The notes beneath the pieces were generated by a model, which saw only the letters and a program-made list of their open reading frames with translations, was not told the origin of the DNA and did no database searches. From NCBI GenBank assembly GCA_963665665.1, contig OY762428.1, forward strand, positions 4,608,001-4,672,000: 64,000 bases of DNA. Direction: 5' to 3'. The position numbers and the translations under genes are program-made. This DNA comes from Candidatus Kapaibacterium sp. Its GTDB lineage: Bacteria > Bacteroidota > Ignavibacteria > Kapaibacteriales > UBA2268. This document shows positions 20,716-29,383 of the stretch, piece by piece (the stretch's first letter is position 1; each line of letters starts with the position of its first letter).

Positions 20716-20995
20716 GGCCCAATTTTTTTTTTAACCAGTCTAATTCAATTTTTAGCCGGCCTATTTCTTCATATAATACTGATTCGTCTTTTTCTTTTTT
20801 ATTCTTCCCTGGCCCACGCTTGTTTTCAAATACTTCCTTTTCACTTTCTTTTAAATGCTTTTTCCACATGCTTATCTGGTTTGGATGAACCCCGTACTCC
20901 GATGCCAGCTCGGTTATTGTTTTTCTCTCTTGGACTGCCTCCAGGGCTACCTGCATTTTGAATTTTGAACTGTAATTTCTTCGTTTGTTTGCCAT
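20708..20995 (-). CDS. IS3 transposase OrfA (HTH)
   Basis: RRNYSSKFKMQVALE..ELASEYGVHPNQISMWKK; ends LDWLKKK over an A10 run. Confidence 0.95.
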   Translation of the reverse strand: MANKRRNYSSKFKMQVALEAVQERKTITELASEYGVHPNQISMWKKHLKESEKEVFENKRGPGKNKKEKDESVLYEEIGRLKIELDWLKKKLGRE

Positions 20996-21095
20996 TTGAT
21001 GCTCCTTTTGATTTTTTGCAAGTTAAGATTATTTCACCTTAAATCGCTGTTTTTTTTAAAGGAAGCCGTTCAATATTATATATCGGGGAGAGATA

Positions 21096-22010
21096 ATGGC
21101 TGAAATATTAAACAATAATTTTTCGCAGGACAATCATGATATCAGGGCTGAAAGGCTTAGGAAAATTCAGGATAATCATGATTTTATTCGTGATGAGCTT
21201 CATGCGCCGGAGGAGATATGTATTTGGGCTGAGGACTGTTATGATATATTCATGAATAAGATTAGTTCGTCGGCGGTGGACACTGCGCAGTGGCATTCAC
21301 AGACCTTTTCGGTGCAGAACATGCTTAAGGAACTGACGGAATGTTATCAGATTGTGCGGGCGTTGGGTATTCCGATTTACGCGGATGATCAGAAGCATCT
21401 GAAGGATTTTGATTTTGGGCTGAGGTTCCCAAAGTCGCGCCTGGAGATGCTTTCGAGGGCCGAGCTGATTATTGAAGTGCACAACCGGCACGTTCAGGAG
21501 GGGCTGCCGAAAACTATTCCGCAGCTGATGATAGACAGGCTGGCTGAGGCGATTGCCGAAACGGAGCTGGCGATGGAGGAGCAGGAGCAGAAGAAGAAGC
21601 GCGCGATGCACAGCACTGCGGAGCTGAAGGAGCTGATGAAGGCCGACGAGTGGCTGCTGACCTTGCTGAAGGGCTGGTGGCGCGGGGTGATGGGCAAGGA
21701 TTCGGTGCTGATACAGAAAATCGGGATGGTGAACCTGAAAAGGCGCGGAAACCCGCACAGGCCCGAGGCTCCGGCGGATTTTGACTATGATGCCGCGCAG
21801 GAGATTTTTTCATGGCCGGAAGTGGAGGGCGCGACGAGTTACGAGATTGTGACGCGGAGCGCTAAAAAGGGTAAAAAATGGCGGAAAGCCTGGCGGGGCC
21901 GCGATCTGAGCGCTATGCTGCCTCCACCGGAGATTCCGGCAGAGTATGCCGTCCGTGCGCGCAACCATAATGGTTACGGGCTGATAAGCGCTGTGGTGGC
22001 GGTGGGATAG
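21096..22010 (+). CDS. Hypothetical protein, helical N-terminal region plus C-terminal fibronectin type III-like domain
   Basis: GGGGAG Shine-Dalgarno; C-terminal PEAP..FSWPEVEGATSYEI..YAVRARNHNGYG FN3 pattern; no signal peptide; visibly GC-richer than its neighbours. Confidence 0.7.
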   Translation: MAEILNNNFSQDNHDIRAERLRKIQDNHDFIRDELHAPEEICIWAEDCYDIFMNKISSSAVDTAQWHSQTFSVQNMLKELTECYQIVRALGIPIYADDQKHLKDFDFGLRFPKSRLEMLSRAELIIEVHNRHVQEGLPKTIPQLMIDRLAEAIAETELAMEEQEQKKKRAMHSTAELKELMKADEWLLTLLKGWWRGVMGKDSVLIQKIGMVNLKRRGNPHRPEAPADFDYDAAQEIFSWPEVEGATSYEIVTRSAKKGKKWRKAWRGRDLSAMLPPPEIPAEYAVRARNHNGYGLISAVVAVG

Positions 22011-22174
22011 GCGGAAGCTCGAAGGATACCCGAAGGGCGGGGTGGTTTCATTTTCTTTGCCTCCCTTATCCACGAGCTAAAGCACGTGGCTATTTTTAAG
22101 AGTAAAAATTTTCAGATTTTGATTGTTTTCCTGATAACGAGAGATCGAGGGGCGGGCAGTAGCAGAGAAATTAT

Positions 22175-22548
22175 TTAAATATGAATTTTTTCCAATTTCT
22201 TTTGCAGCTTTTTATCAAAAGTAAAAATTATTTCCTGGCTGGTTAATTTATAAGCGCAAAGCAGACAATCAACTAAATCAAGATTAGTAGATCGGTAGTA
22301 TTCAAGAGCGATAGTAATCAGCCTTTGATCTATAATATTTATGTTTGGAAAACTGATAAGAGTGGATAATGTTTTTGAAATTTCAGGATTAGAAACGCTA
22401 TAAACTTTTTCCAGAACATAAACAACTTCGCAAAAACTTCATTCGGGAGAAAAATCGATTCGTTTTCAATAATTTCTGCCGCAATTTCTGCTTGTTCCTG
22501 CAGATCATTTAAAAGGTATCTTAAATAAACATTTGCATCAACTATCAT
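22175..22548 (-). pseudogene. PIN-domain (VapC-like) toxin with a single frameshift
   Basis: MIVDANVYLRYLLND start. After NEVF the PIN sequence continues in another frame (EVVYVLEKVY...LDLVDCLL...IFTFDKKL) to a stop at 22175. Adding one base gives 124 aa. Confidence 0.85.
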
Positions 22549-22789
22549 GTTTGTCCTTTACAGCCTGAGCCCAGGCAATCTTTTCTTTACTAATCTTTTC
22601 GGGAGATGAATAAGCTTGCAACGAGCCGCGAAGTCCGGTCGTGTTTTTTTCGTTTGTGTTATCATTAATTGCATTTATTATAATCTCAACTTTTTTGCCA
22701 ACAAACTTATCGAGTTTATCCAACAAAATTGTTCTTGAGCTAATGTCCTTATATATTTTTAAACTTTCCATCTTCTTTCCTGTATTCAT
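22538..22789 (-). CDS. Putative antitoxin partner of the PIN toxin
   Basis: 83 aa; overlaps the PIN start by 11 nt; GKKVEIII..LRGSLQAYS..EKIAW pattern. Confidence 0.7.
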   Translation of the reverse strand: MNTGKKMESLKIYKDISSRTILLDKLDKFVGKKVEIIINAINDNTNEKNTTGLRGSLQAYSSPEKISKEKIAWAQAVKDKHDS

Positions 22790-23148
22790 TCCATTTACAA
22801 ATAAAGACTATTAAATATACTAAATATCTATCTTAATAGGAATTATAATTGTCATATTTCCGAAGCTTGCTATTGAAAAATCCATATTTTCTGGCAGATA
22901 ATCTTGAAGAATTGATCCTCCGCTTTGCTCAGGATGACATCAACCCTGCCTTTGACAAATTCAATTTCCACGTGCTCCAGCTCGTGGATAAAGATGCCCT
23001 GTCTGAAGGGTAAGAAAAAAGAACCCACTTCCTGCCTGCCCCGACGTGTCGTAACCCTTCAGACACCCGCAACCTTTCCCGTTTTATCGGGGCCAGTGGT
23101 GGACATAGAGGATTCCAATATTTTTTATTATAAGTCCATATTTATACA

Positions 23149-23182
23149 AAAAAAACATCCGATGACTTCAAGCCATCGGATG
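23149..23182 (-). terminator. Terminator of the thiolase/HMGS operon
   Basis: catccgatg/catcggatg stem with a T8 tail on the minus strand. Confidence 0.8.
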
Positions 23183-23207
23183 AATAAGATAATTAATCAA
23201 TATAGAA

Positions 23208-23597
23208 TTAATCCAGCACTGCTTTGTAGCAGTAGTTAATAATTCCCGAGTGGCCTTCCTCGCCCATTTTCCTCATTACGAAGCGGACGGAAGCGCCAAT
23301 CTTTAAATCGGAAGCGTTGCAGTCAACAACCTGTGCGGTTATCCTGGCTCCCTCGTCGGTTTCAATAATAGCAACCGGGAATGGTTTGTATTTGGCGAAA
23401 TCATCAGCAGGGAGATTGACAATTGTATAAGTAATTATCTTGCCTGTTCCCTTCAGCGTGATGTTCTCAAATTCCCTTTCGCCTGATTCGGGATCGATGT
23501 AGCGTCTTGCCAGCGTTACGTAGCCGCTTTTAAATTTTTGGGCTTCGAGCCTGTACCTGTGCGGTATTTCGCGTGTATATCTTTGACTGTTTGCCAT
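23208..23597 (-). CDS. DUF35-family OB-fold protein (thiolase/HMGS scaffold)
   Basis: REIPHRYRLE, GKIITYTIV, ARITAQVVD, GIINYCYK; shares one base with the thiolase stop codon. Confidence 0.88.
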   Translation of the reverse strand: MANSQRYTREIPHRYRLEAQKFKSGYVTLARRYIDPESGEREFENITLKGTGKIITYTIVNLPADDFAKYKPFPVAIIETDEGARITAQVVDCNASDLKIGASVRFVMRKMGEEGHSGIINYCYKAVLD

Positions 23598-24745
23598 TAT
23601 ACTGCCTCCAGAATAGATACAACAGAACTTCCTCCCGAGCCGCCCATGTTCTGGGCCATTCCTAACCTGGCATTTTCTACCTGACGCTTGCCTGCATCGC
23701 CCTGAAGCTGCTTGGTAACTTCAATTATCTGGGCAATGCCTGTTGCTCCAACCGGATGGCCCTTGGCTTTCAGGCCTCCGCTTGTATTAATAATCACTTT
23801 GGAGCCGTAAGTTCCCTCGCCGTTGGCTATAGCTTTTCCTGCCTGGCCGTATTCGAAGAATCCGAGTTCCTCGGCAACGATTATCTCTGCTATCGAGAAG
23901 CAGTCGTGTACTTCGGCAAACTGAATATCTTTCGGTGTTACACCGCCCATTTTATATGCTTTCTCGGCTGCCATACGAACAGCATCGAGTTTGGTGACGT
24001 CCTTATGGTCATGCAGTGCAATTGGCCCTGTAGCCGCGCCGATTGCTTTTATCTTAACAGGATTTTTTACAATTTGTTTAGCTTTGTCCATCGGGCAAAG
24101 TATAACTGCTGCAGCGCCGTCTGTAATAGGCGAGCAGTCCATCAGCCTTAGCGGATCGGCTACCATTGCCGAACTAAGAACAGTCTTCAGGTTGATCTCG
24201 AATGGATACTGTGCTTCGGGATTGTGTATAGAATGCTTGTGGTTTTTGATAGGAACCTGTGCCAGCTCCTCACGAGTCAGACCGTAGCGATCCATGTATG
24301 CTCTTGCCATCATGGCGTAGAGGCCCGGGAATGTGATGCCATGGAATGCTTCGTATTCCTGGTCGGCAGCAGTGGCGAGGATCATTGAACCGTCATCAGC
24401 ATCCCACATTTTTTCAACACCACCGGCCATAACAAAATCGCTCATACCGGAAGCCACTTCCATAAAAGCCGATCTTAAGGACATTCCGCCGGAAGCACAG
24501 GCCGATTCTATTCTGGCACCGGCAATTCCGCGCTGCCCGATATAATCTGCCATCACTGAGGAAATATGTTCCTGGTAAGTATATAATCCGCTGGACATGG
24601 CGCCCACGTATAAAGAATCAATTTTATCGATCCCGGCATTATCCATAGCTTTCAGGGCTGCTTCTGCGAACATATCCCTGAGGCTTTGATCCCAAAGCTC
24701 TCCAAACTTTGTCATGCCGATGCCGATTATTGCAACTTCGCGCAT
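23597..24745 (-). CDS. Archaeal-type acetoacetyl-CoA thiolase
   Basis: [15 protein letters not shown] (catalytic Cys), [30 protein letters not shown]. Confidence 0.92.
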   Translation of the reverse strand: MREVAIIGIGMTKFGELWDQSLRDMFAEAALKAMDNAGIDKIDSLYVGAMSSGLYTYQEHISSVMADYIGQRGIAGARIESACASGGMSLRSAFMEVASGMSDFVMAGGVEKMWDADDGSMILATAADQEYEAFHGITFPGLYAMMARAYMDRYGLTREELAQVPIKNHKHSIHNPEAQYPFEINLKTVLSSAMVADPLRLMDCSPITDGAAAVILCPMDKAKQIVKNPVKIKAIGAATGPIALHDHKDVTKLDAVRMAAEKAYKMGGVTPKDIQFAEVHDCFSIAEIIVAEELGFFEYGQAGKAIANGEGTYGSKVIINTSGGLKAKGHPVGATGIAQIIEVTKQLQGDAGKRQVENARLGMAQNMGGSGGSSVVSILEAV

Positions 24746-24781
24746 ATTTTATTCTCCGATTTATTTCAATAATTATTATTA

Positions 24782-25837
24782 TCAATGAATATCATTATAC
24801 CTGATTTTGCGCCTGTAGGCCGCATACTCGCCATAAGACAGGTAAATCTTCTTGCCGTCGATAAGTTCTCTTGTTTTAGGGGCAAGTGCCTGAACTTCGG
24901 TTATTTTATCGGTTGCACGGAAAATGAAACCGTCCGAACCGGCGCCGGAACCGAACGAGATCATAAAGGCATTTTCACCCGGTTTCAATTCGTCAAGAAT
25001 TGCTGCCATACCGGTTGGTGAGGAACCGGAATAGGTATTACCCATTTTGTTCACTACCCAGCCCTGTTTCATTTGCTCGTTTGTGAATCCTACTATTTTA
25101 CCAGCTTTAAGCGGGAATTTGCCGTTAGGCATGTGGAATACCGCGTGCGCAAAGTCTTCGGGTTTCATGTTGGCCTTTTCAAGCAGAGCGTGAGCTGCTC
25201 CCAGCACGTGTTTGAAGTATGCAGGTTCGCCGGTAAAGCGTCCGCCATGGCGCGGGTAGTGCATGTGCTCGCGCCGCCAGAAGTCGGCAGTATCGCTGGT
25301 GAAGGAGTGAGTTTCTATTACTTCGGCAACAACGTTTTCGCCTTTGCCGAAAATAAAGGCAGAGCCGCCTGCGGAAGCTGAATATTCGAGTGCGTCTCCG
25401 GGTGCTCCCTGTGATGTGTCAGCGCCTATTCCCATAGAATATTCCATGTTGCCGGATTTTACATGGCTGTATGAAACAAACATGGCTTCGGCTCCGGCTT
25501 TACATGCAAATTCAAAATCAGCTACATGTACATGGGGGCCGATTCCAAGCGCGTCAATTAGTACTGTTCCTGAAGGTTTAACAGCATAAGGGTGTGATTC
25601 GGAGCCGATATAGACAGCTCCAATATCCTGGGGATTGATTTTTGCTCTTTTCAAAGCATTTTTCGCTGCCTCGATAGCAATAGTAATAGTATCCTCATCC
25701 CTTCCAGGGACGGTTTTCTCACTAAGCAGAAGGCCGTTTTCGATAGTATTGCAGTCATCGCCCCATTGATCGGCGATGGTGGATGTTTTGATCCGGTAAG
25801 CCGGAACATAAGATCCATAACCGACTATTCCTATCAT
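24782..25837 (-). CDS. Hydroxymethylglutaryl-CoA synthase, archaeal type
   Basis: GSESHPYAVKP, DFEFACKAG (catalytic Cys), RFTGEPAYF, FHMPNGKFP, GNTYSGS, SFGSGAGSD. Confidence 0.92.
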   Translation of the reverse strand: MIGIVGYGSYVPAYRIKTSTIADQWGDDCNTIENGLLLSEKTVPGRDEDTITIAIEAAKNALKRAKINPQDIGAVYIGSESHPYAVKPSGTVLIDALGIGPHVHVADFEFACKAGAEAMFVSYSHVKSGNMEYSMGIGADTSQGAPGDALEYSASAGGSAFIFGKGENVVAEVIETHSFTSDTADFWRREHMHYPRHGGRFTGEPAYFKHVLGAAHALLEKANMKPEDFAHAVFHMPNGKFPLKAGKIVGFTNEQMKQGWVVNKMGNTYSGSSPTGMAAILDELKPGENAFMISFGSGAGSDGFIFRATDKITEVQALAPKTRELIDGKKIYLSYGEYAAYRRKIRYNDIH

Positions 25838-25887
25838 AAAATTCTCCGGATTGTGTGTTACAAAATATTTAAAACCAAATAAATTTC

Positions 25888-27051
25888 TCAGTCAAAATCC
25901 CAGCAACCAATACTCCTGGCAATTACCAGTCTTTGAATCTCGGAAGTTCCCTCGCCGATTTCGAGAAGCTTTTGGTCGCGGTAAAATTTTTCAGCATCGT
26001 ATTCTTTCATCAGGCCGTAGCCGCCGTGTATCTGAACGCAGTGGTTGGCAGCCATGTGTGACAGTTCAGAGCAGTAAAGCTTAGCTATGGCTCCTTCCTT
26101 TGTAATTCTTTTTCCTTCGTCAGCCATTCTGCATACGTCATATAGGTATGTTCTGGCTAGTTCAAGGCCGGTTTCAATATCAGCAAGTTTGAATGCAGTT
26201 GTCTGGAAAGTAGAAATGGGACGGCGGAACTGCTTTCTTTCCTTCGAGTATTTCAAAGCGGCTTCGAAGGCTCCCTGTGCGTTTCCAAGGCCCATTGCGG
26301 CTATTGAAAGCCTACCCTTATCAAGAGTGCCAAGCATTTGTTTGAATCCGTCTCCCTGCTTGCCGAGCATGTTCTCCTCGGGTACGCGAACGTCTTCCAG
26401 AATAAGTTCACTCGTGTTTGATGCCCGCCACATCATTTTGTCGTGCATTACTTTTGGCGTGTATCCTGGAGTACCGTTTTCAACAATGAAACAGGATAGT
26501 TCTTTACTTCCATCAGGCTTTTCACCTGTACAGGCCATTATCGTTGATCCAAGAGTGATATCAGTGGCAGCATTGGTTATAAAAATCTTGCTTCCGTTAA
26601 TCACCCATTCATTTCCGTCTTTGACGGCAGTAGTCTGTGTATTTCCTGCATCAGAGCCTGCATTCGGTTCTGTCAGGCCGAATCCCCAGAGCTTTCCGCT
26701 GCAAATTTCCGGGAGGTATTTCTTTTTTTGTTCCTCATTTCCAAAATACATCAGCGGTGCTGTGCCAAGAGAGTTGTGAGCGGCAATTGTCGCTCCCTGG
26801 CTTCCGTCCACACGTGAAAGTTCTTCAACAATAAGAATATAAGTTAAATAATCAAGGCCGCTGCCCCCGTATTCCTCGGGAACAATTGCAGCTAATAATC
26901 CCATATCAGCCATCTCGGCTGTTATTTCATAAGAAAACTCTTCTTTCTCATCCAGTTCCTTTGCTTTTGGCTTTATTACTTCCTCAGCAAATTTTCGGAT
27001 GGTATCCCGGAGCATTACCTGTTCCTGGATTAAGTTTCGGTTCAATGGCAT
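25888..27051 (-). CDS. Acyl-CoA dehydrogenase
   Basis: GLTEPNAGSD, INGSKIFITN, QIHGGYG, IGEGTSEIQR. Confidence 0.95.
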   Translation of the reverse strand: MPLNRNLIQEQVMLRDTIRKFAEEVIKPKAKELDEKEEFSYEITAEMADMGLLAAIVPEEYGGSGLDYLTYILIVEELSRVDGSQGATIAAHNSLGTAPLMYFGNEEQKKKYLPEICSGKLWGFGLTEPNAGSDAGNTQTTAVKDGNEWVINGSKIFITNAATDITLGSTIMACTGEKPDGSKELSCFIVENGTPGYTPKVMHDKMMWRASNTSELILEDVRVPEENMLGKQGDGFKQMLGTLDKGRLSIAAMGLGNAQGAFEAALKYSKERKQFRRPISTFQTTAFKLADIETGLELARTYLYDVCRMADEGKRITKEGAIAKLYCSELSHMAANHCVQIHGGYGLMKEYDAEKFYRDQKLLEIGEGTSEIQRLVIARSIGCWDFD

Positions 27052-27476
27052 AGGAACTCCATATTATACTAACAAGTAACTATCATCGCCCTTAGTGTTC
27101 CCGGATAAATTGCCTGTATCTATAACCTTACTTTACAGTGATGTTCTTGGGTAAGCCTTTGGATCTTGTTATTATTCCGAATAATACTTTAAATGTTCGC
27201 TTTTGTTCTTTTTATTTCTTATGATTCACTGTTTCTCATTATGAAAAGACTATCAAATCATTGTTTTATTTAAGTTAATAATAAAATTTCAAAAATTAAA
27301 AAAGGAAAAATTTATTTTTGTGTCAGAAATGTTTTCAAATTTTACTATATTTATCAGGACTTTAAATTAGTAAAAAGCCAAGCGGACAATAATACCAGTA
27401 AGAATTTAGACAGAATCCCGGCCGTAAGATGAACAAAATTAATTATTTGTTGAATTTTCCACTATGGAGGCCATTC

Positions 27477-28616
27477 ATGGATTTCATGTTCACAGAAGAA
27501 CAACTCATGCTAAAAGACATGGTTGAAAAATTTGCTAAAGAAAAAATTGCGCCTGTTGCATCTGAAAATGAAAAAAATCACAAATTTCCTCGTGAAATTA
27601 TCAATGAATTAGGCGAACTTGGTATAATGGGGATAGCTTATCCGGATGAATATGGCGGTGCAGGGATGGATTTTGTATCTTATTTCCTTGCTGTGGAAGA
27701 AATTTCCCGCTGGTGTGCTTCAACTGGTGTGATAATTTCGGCTCATTCATCTCTTGTTTGCGATCCCATTTTCCGTTTTGGAACCGAAGAACAAAAGAAG
27801 AAATATCTGCCGGGGCTGCTATCAGGCCAGAAAATTGGTTCTTTTTCGCTGACTGAAGCAGGCGCAGGTTCGGATGCCGGTGCCACCAAAACTACGGCCG
27901 TCCTTGATGGTGATGAGTGGATACTAAACGGTTCAAAGCTTTTTGCGACAAATGGGGGAGAGGCTGATATTTTTGTTCTTATTGCATCCACAGAACCCTC
28001 TCAGAAGACCCGTGGCGTTTCTGCGTTTATCGTAGATTCCGATACTCCCGGCTATAGTATTGGAAAACTTGAGAAAAAACTTGGTATCAGAAGTTCTTCC
28101 ACTGCCGAAATAATTCTTGAGGATTGTCGGATTCCAAAAGAAAACCTGCTTGGAGACCTGAACAAGGGATTCAAAGTTTCTATGGTAACACTGGACGGAG
28201 GCAGGCTTGGTATAGCTTCGCAGGCTCTTGGTATTGCCCGCGCTTCAATCGAGGACGCCGTGAAATATGCGCAGGAACGTAAGCAGTTCGACCAGCCGAT
28301 AGCCAATTTCCAGGCAATTCAATGGATGCTTGCTAATATGTGGACTGAATATAATGCCGCTTACATGCTTACCTGGAAAGCTTCCAAGATGAAGGACGCA
28401 GGCGTGAATTATTCTCAGGAAGCAGCAATGGCTAAACTTAAGGCTTCTGAAGTGGCAACCTTCTGCGCCGACAGGTGCATTCAGATTCATGGCGGTTATG
28501 GCTATACCGAGGATTTCAATGCCGAGCGCTACTATCGTGATGCAAAAATTACAGAGCTATACGAAGGAACAAGTGAAATCCAGCGCCTTGTGATTGCAAG
28601 AACAATGCTAAAATAA
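27477..28616 (+). CDS. Acyl-CoA dehydrogenase (butyryl-CoA dehydrogenase-like)
   Basis: FSLTEAGAGSD, KLGIRSSST, QIHGGYGY, YEGTSEIQR. Start ATG 27477 follows GGAGG. Confidence 0.95.
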   Translation: MDFMFTEEQLMLKDMVEKFAKEKIAPVASENEKNHKFPREIINELGELGIMGIAYPDEYGGAGMDFVSYFLAVEEISRWCASTGVIISAHSSLVCDPIFRFGTEEQKKKYLPGLLSGQKIGSFSLTEAGAGSDAGATKTTAVLDGDEWILNGSKLFATNGGEADIFVLIASTEPSQKTRGVSAFIVDSDTPGYSIGKLEKKLGIRSSSTAEIILEDCRIPKENLLGDLNKGFKVSMVTLDGGRLGIASQALGIARASIEDAVKYAQERKQFDQPIANFQAIQWMLANMWTEYNAAYMLTWKASKMKDAGVNYSQEAAMAKLKASEVATFCADRCIQIHGGYGYTEDFNAERYYRDAKITELYEGTSEIQRLVIARTMLK

Positions 28617-28635
28617 TTATGAAAGTTAAAAGTCT

Positions 28636-28659
28636 TGCCGGGCGTTTTTACGTCCGGCA
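28636..28659. terminator. Hairpin between convergent genes
   Basis: tgccgggcgt/acgtccggca stem. Confidence 0.55.
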
Positions 28660-28699
28660 TTTATAATTCTATCTACATTTTTTTACTTTACCGCCCGGA

Positions 28700-29383
28700 T
28701 TAGATTTTTATTCCTTCACTCAAATTTTCAAGTAAATTTTCAAAATTACCTTGTCCGATTTTATGTATCAATGATTCTGCAAGTAGATATACTTTGGTAT
28801 TTCCTGGATCGGGAAAATAATGACTACGATTAGTATCAGCGTTTTGGGCATTATTTATTGCCTTGTTGAAAAATTGTATAAAACGATATTTGTTGTATCC
28901 ACTGTTAACGATAATTGAAAGTTGATATTTTAGTTCCTTGCAATCCAAAGATTCATTAACGTCAATCTCTTCTTTTATATGGTATATTAACCAAACTTCA
29001 AAGCAAGGATTGCTGAGAGCAATATGCCAATTGTTTTTTTGCTTGCAATAATTGGCAATTTCTCTAATCTGATTTCCTTGCCATCTGTCAATATCCATAA
29101 CAAACCATAATTCGTCTTCTTCAGTTAGGCCTTCTTTTTCGATATACCTGACTGCCCGATCAAGAACCCATTTGGGTGAGGATTTAGTTTCATGAATATA
29201 ATTCATTTCTTCGTCATTTATTATATCTCCGATGATATCAATGGTTATTCTGTTTGAAATTTTCTCAAATAATTGAAAATATTCAGGTTCCCGTTTTCCA
29301 CCCTCGCATGCAATTGCAAAAAGTTTGTAATCTCTTACCAGAGGATTAATAATATCGCGGTTATAACCTCTTTTTTTACGCAT
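28700..29383 (-). CDS. RloB-family protein (TOPRIM-like, abortive-infection associated)
   Basis: IACEGGKREPEYF, WFVMDID, SNPCFEVWLIYH, PGNTKVY. Confidence 0.9.
   Translation of the reverse strand: MRKKRGYNRDIINPLVRDYKLFAIACEGGKREPEYFQLFEKISNRITIDIIGDIINDEEMNYIHETKSSPKWVLDRAVRYIEKEGLTEEDELWFVMDIDRWQGNQIREIANYCKQKNNWHIALSNPCFEVWLIYHIKEEIDVNESLDCKELKYQLSIIVNSGYNKYRFIQFFNKAINNAQNADTNRSHYFPDPGNTKVYLLAESLIHKIGQGNFENLLENLSEGIKI

Larger units (their letters stand above)
19630..21072 (-). mobile_element. IS3-family insertion sequence, copy 1 (1443 bp)
   Basis: TG...CA ends with imperfect IRs TGAACGGCTTCCTTT / TGAAATGCTCCCTAT; 3-bp target duplication ATA; matches 52296-53738. Confidence 0.95.

Noticed and set aside
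22925-23239. 104-aa ORF
   Set aside because: It runs through palindromic repeats and a terminator and has no protein-like motifs.
23208-25837. phlACB (2,4-diacetylphloroglucinol) cluster
   Set aside because: The synthase retains the full HMGS catalytic set and no phlD type III PKS is present.
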